Of a stretch of 45,091 bases of DNA, positions 42,465-45,091 are shown piece by piece. Source of the stretch: a virus; the IMG/VR virus record IMGVR_UViG_3300027742_000005, positions 1-45,091 of that record, one strand, 5' to 3'. Every line of letters starts with the position of its first letter. Position 1 is the first letter of the stretch. The notes below the pieces were generated by a model. The model saw only the letters and a program-made list of their open reading frames with translations. It was not told the origin of the DNA and did not search any database. Both the position numbers and the translations under genes were made by a program.

Positions 42465-45091
42465 TTACCTCTCAATCTTTAATTTTGATTCATTACTTTT
42501 AATACTTAATATACTATCAGTTTCTATTATATCAAAAATCGATTTATTAGTTAATATCCCTAAAGTTGCTTGAGAATATGCAAATTGCTGACTTATTTCT
42601 ATCTCTATCAGAGTATCGAATATCGATTTACCATTTACATTTAAAATCCTTTTCAAGTCTATATTGATTAGACTGTCAATATCAGCTTTCCCATTTATGT
42701 TTTTATATCTTGATAATTTGCTCCCAATCGAAGTATAAATATATGCTTTACCATTAACATTAATGATTTCTCCTTTAGTGATAATGATATTGCATAGAGT
42801 TTCCAGAATCGCTTTACCATTTATTGATATAATTCTATTAAGAAGCACATCTATATTCGTATCAGATTGACTCTTACCGGAAGTATTTTTCGCACCTTCT
42901 TTCTGTAATATTGCAATCATGCTTGATGTAATATTTAAAATACCATCTACATTCTCAATTTTTCCTCTGCTTAAAATGGAATCTATAATCGTAATTATAG
43001 AGGATTCCCCCGATATTGTTTTAATCTTTCCTCTGGATAAAACTATATTTGTCAAAGAAGAAACATCTACTTTACCGGAAACCGATTCTATTTTTCCTCG
43101 AGATAAAGCCATAATGATAGAAGTATTTATATTACTCTTTCCATTAATATCTTCTACCTTTCCTCTGGAGAGTATACTAATAAATTCAGAATATATATTT
43201 GATTTCCCTGTAACGTTCTCTACTTTTCCTCTGGATAAGATCGCTGTAAAAATAGAATTCAGAGATGATTTTCCGATAGCATTTTCTATTTTACCCCGAG
43301 AGAGAGAAATAATTATATTAGATATTAATGAAGTTTTTGCTGAAACATCTTCTACTTTACCCCTTGATAATATAGTTATTACAGAAGTATCCATGTTTGA
43401 TTTACTGGATACACTCTCTACTTTTCCTCTTGATAGTATAGAAGTTATGATAGAAGTTATAGAGGCCTTACCTTGTGCTGCATAAATACCTTTAACAATA
43501 GATATAAAAGAGGATATTATATTTGATTTGCCTATTACATTTTCTATCTTTCCTCTTGATAATATACTATCAATATTAGAAGAAATACTTGCTTTACCTA
43601 TTACATCCTCAATTTTACCTCTGGATAGAATTAAAACTATATTTGATATTATACTTACTTTAGCAGAGATATTTTCGATTTTTCCCCGGGAGAGAATTGC
43701 AGATAGAAATGTAATTATAGATGATTCTCCGATTGCATCTTTTATTGCTCCTTTACTCAGTATAGAAATTACAGAGGAAGTTATATCCGATTTAGCAGTT
43801 CTATTTATTAATCCTGTTAATGTACTTATAATACTCGAAGTTAAACTTGCTTTAGCAGTCGCTCCTTCTATTTTTCCTCTATCTAATATTACCGCTGTGA
43901 TTGTGGTTATGCTCGCTTTCCCTGATACATTTTTCCCTCCTCCTTCTGATATTTGTAACACAGATATCAGATTCGATGTTATATTCGCTTCCCCTGTTAC
44001 GTTCCTTTTTGGTGATATTGTAATTGTAGCCAAGCACGTTCCGATAGATGTTCCTTCTGTAACATCCCATAATTCAAATTCATATTCTGCTCCTGGCTCT
44101 GCGTCATCACAGGATAAAGCCCATTGAAATTCGGTATAATATTCGTCGGGAAGGGTATAATTAAAACTATCAGGAGAAATATTATCCCCTTCACTTTCTT
44201 TACCTCCTTGAAAGGTATAGCCAGATTGTTCACCACATATTCTTTCTGCATCAAGAAGAGGGTCATCATTTACAAGAACTGTTGTCGCATCATAAGTTAT
44301 CTCTCCTGTCGCTCCTACATCTACAAATGTCCCGCCTGTTTTTCTCCATCGAAGTTTATAAGAACGTGTAACTGGTCCTTTTGAAGTATAAATTCTTGTA
44401 GCTAAAATAAAATCATCGGCTTTAGCCCATGGACCAAGTAAAACATATTGATGAACAGTATCAGTATCAGACCCAGTCATATATAATTTTTTTCCATCTT
44501 CTTTGAACCAAATACCTCTCGGATATTCTTCCTCATTAATTGTATTTTTATACACACTATCGTAAGTAGCCGAAGATACAAGCCAAGCAGTAGACAAACC
44601 ATATTGATAAATACAATGGTCGCCATAATCCAATACATACATTTTTGTTCCATCAGGTTTAAAAGAAACGCTTTGTGGTCCCGTAGATTGTCCAGAAACA
44701 AGTTTTTCACAGTTATAAACTGCTGAAGATACATCCCAAGCAGTTCCTAAATTATATTGACTAACCTTATCAGTCCATGCAGTTATAACATACATTTTTG
44801 TTCCATCTGCTTTAAAATACAAATCACTTGGAGATTCAGCCGCCGCAGGTAAAGTAAAATCTTCACCAGTATCATAGCTTAATGTAGATAAATCCCATGC
44901 AGTAGATAATGAATATTGAAATATTTTATCTTCGTTTCCGCCACACATATACATTTTCATTCCATTTGATTTGAAAAAAATTCCAGATGGTTCTATATCT
45001 TCAGTAGATAAATCTTTATGCACATTATTATAAACCGCAGTAGTTACATTCCAAGCAGTAGATAAAGTATATTGATAAACATCCCTCGTTG
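42465..45091 (-). CDS. C-terminal 875 codons of the junction-spanning 1008-aa protein (propeller-like blades, a beta-sandwich-like middle and a 22-aa tandem-repeat array)
   Basis: The frame is open to the window end; the track start at 45023 is an internal GTG. Four blades of the form F-K-x-D/N-G-x-K-M/L-Y...QY.LSTAWD.S (a fifth lies in 1..499). About 21 repeats follow, of the form xGKSxIxSxIxSILSRGKIEN. Confidence 0.8.
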   Translation of the reverse strand, partial: TRDVYQYTLSTAWNVTTAVYNNVHKDLSTEDIEPSGIFFKSNGMKMYMCGGNEDKIFQYSLSTAWDLSTLSYDTGEDFTLPAAAESPSDLYFKADGTKMYVITAWTDKVSQYNLGTAWDVSSAVYNCEKLVSGQSTGPQSVSFKPDGTKMYVLDYGDHCIYQYGLSTAWLVSSATYDSVYKNTINEEEYPRGIWFKEDGKKLYMTGSDTDTVHQYVLLGPWAKADDFILATRIYTSKGPVTRSYKLRWRKTGGTFVDVGATGEITYDATTVLVNDDPLLDAERICGEQSGYTFQGGKESEGDNISPDSFNYTLPDEYYTEFQWALSCDDAEPGAEYEFELWDVTEGTSIGTCLATITISPKRNVTGEANITSNLISVLQISEGGGKNVSGKASITTITAVILDRGKIEGATAKASLTSSIISTLTGLINRTAKSDITSSVISILSKGAIKDAIGESSIITFLSAILSRGKIENISAKVSIISNIVLILSRGKIEDVIGKASISSNIDSILSRGKIENVIGKSNIISSFISIVKGIYAAQGKASITSIITSILSRGKVESVSSKSNMDTSVITILSRGKVEDVSAKTSLISNIIISLSRGKIENAIGKSSLNSIFTAILSRGKVENVTGKSNIYSEFISILSRGKVEDINGKSNINTSIIMALSRGKIESVSGKVDVSSLTNIVLSRGKIKTISGESSIITIIDSILSRGKIENVDGILNITSSMIAILQKEGAKNTSGKSQSDTNIDVLLNRIISINGKAILETLCNIIITKGEIINVNGKAYIYTSIGSKLSRYKNINGKADIDSLINIDLKRILNVNGKSIFDTLIEIEISQQFAYSQATLGILTNKSIFDIIETDSILSIKSNESKLKIER
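42590..44003 (-). repeat. Coding tandem array: about 21 diverged copies of a 66-bp / 22-aa unit
   Basis: Units such as VIGKASISSNIDSILSRGKIEN, VIGKSNIISSFISIVKGIYA and VSSKSNMDTSVITILSRGKVED. On the plus strand, ttt(c/a)cc(t/c)c(t/g)(g/t)ga(t/g)a recurs about every 66 nt. Confidence 0.85.
44993..45091. repeat. Terminal direct repeat, identical to 1-99
   Basis: See the feature at 1-99. Confidence 0.95.

Noticed and set aside
42590-44003. Regularly spaced ~66-bp repeats that could be mistaken for a CRISPR array or satellite
   Set aside because: The units are contiguous with no unique spacers. They are diverged at the DNA level but conserved at the protein level, and they lie inside one long open reading frame. 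This is a coding tandem repeat.

Overview
The window is a complete tailed-phage (siphovirus-like) genome from a circular or terminally redundant assembly. Bases 1-99 are identical to 44993-45091, so the unique length is 44,992 bp, and one minus-strand gene reads straight through the junction. It is AT-rich, about 30% GC by eye. Every credible gene is on the minus strand, tightly packed, usually with AAGGAG-type Shine-Dalgarno sites and ATGA/TAATG coupled junctions. The plus-strand ORFs in the track look like antisense artefacts.

Gene order in the direction of transcription (descending coordinates):
- Early/replication region, 42033 to 27914. It has three consensus sigma70-type promoters, two replisome-organizer-like proteins (one fused to HNH), a free-standing HNH, RecB/Cas4-like and PD-(D/E)XK nucleases, a DUF5131 protein, a 3D-domain protein and many zinc-ribbon mini-proteins.
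- Packaging and head genes: terS/terL, a membrane-tethered C39-like peptidase, portal, an SPP1-gp7/Mu-F-like protein, an XkdF-type protease-scaffold fusion and the major capsid protein.
- A five-gene nucleotide-sugar/glycosyltransferase cassette plus a C2H2 zinc-finger protein.
- Neck genes, tail tube, chaperone pair (apparent +1 frameshift), tape measure, baseplate and fibre genes.
- A lysis cassette: XhlA-like protein, holin, M15 endolysin and three further membrane proteins.
- A duplicated fibre-like protein, a CxxCxxCC protein and a 1008-aa junction-spanning repeat protein.

I saw no integrase, repressor, DNA polymerase, tRNA or CRISPR array.

The most interesting observations are:
- the sugar cassette placed inside the virion module;
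- the giant protein with a zinc ribbon, propeller-like blades and 22-aa tandem repeats;
- a membrane anchor/coiled-coil/OMP-beta-signal protein at the end of the lysis cassette;
- the C39-like peptidase with Gly-rich mini-ORFs upstream;
- a conserved ~57-bp intergenic element present three times.

All family assignments come from motif recognition by eye and need HMM or structure searches.
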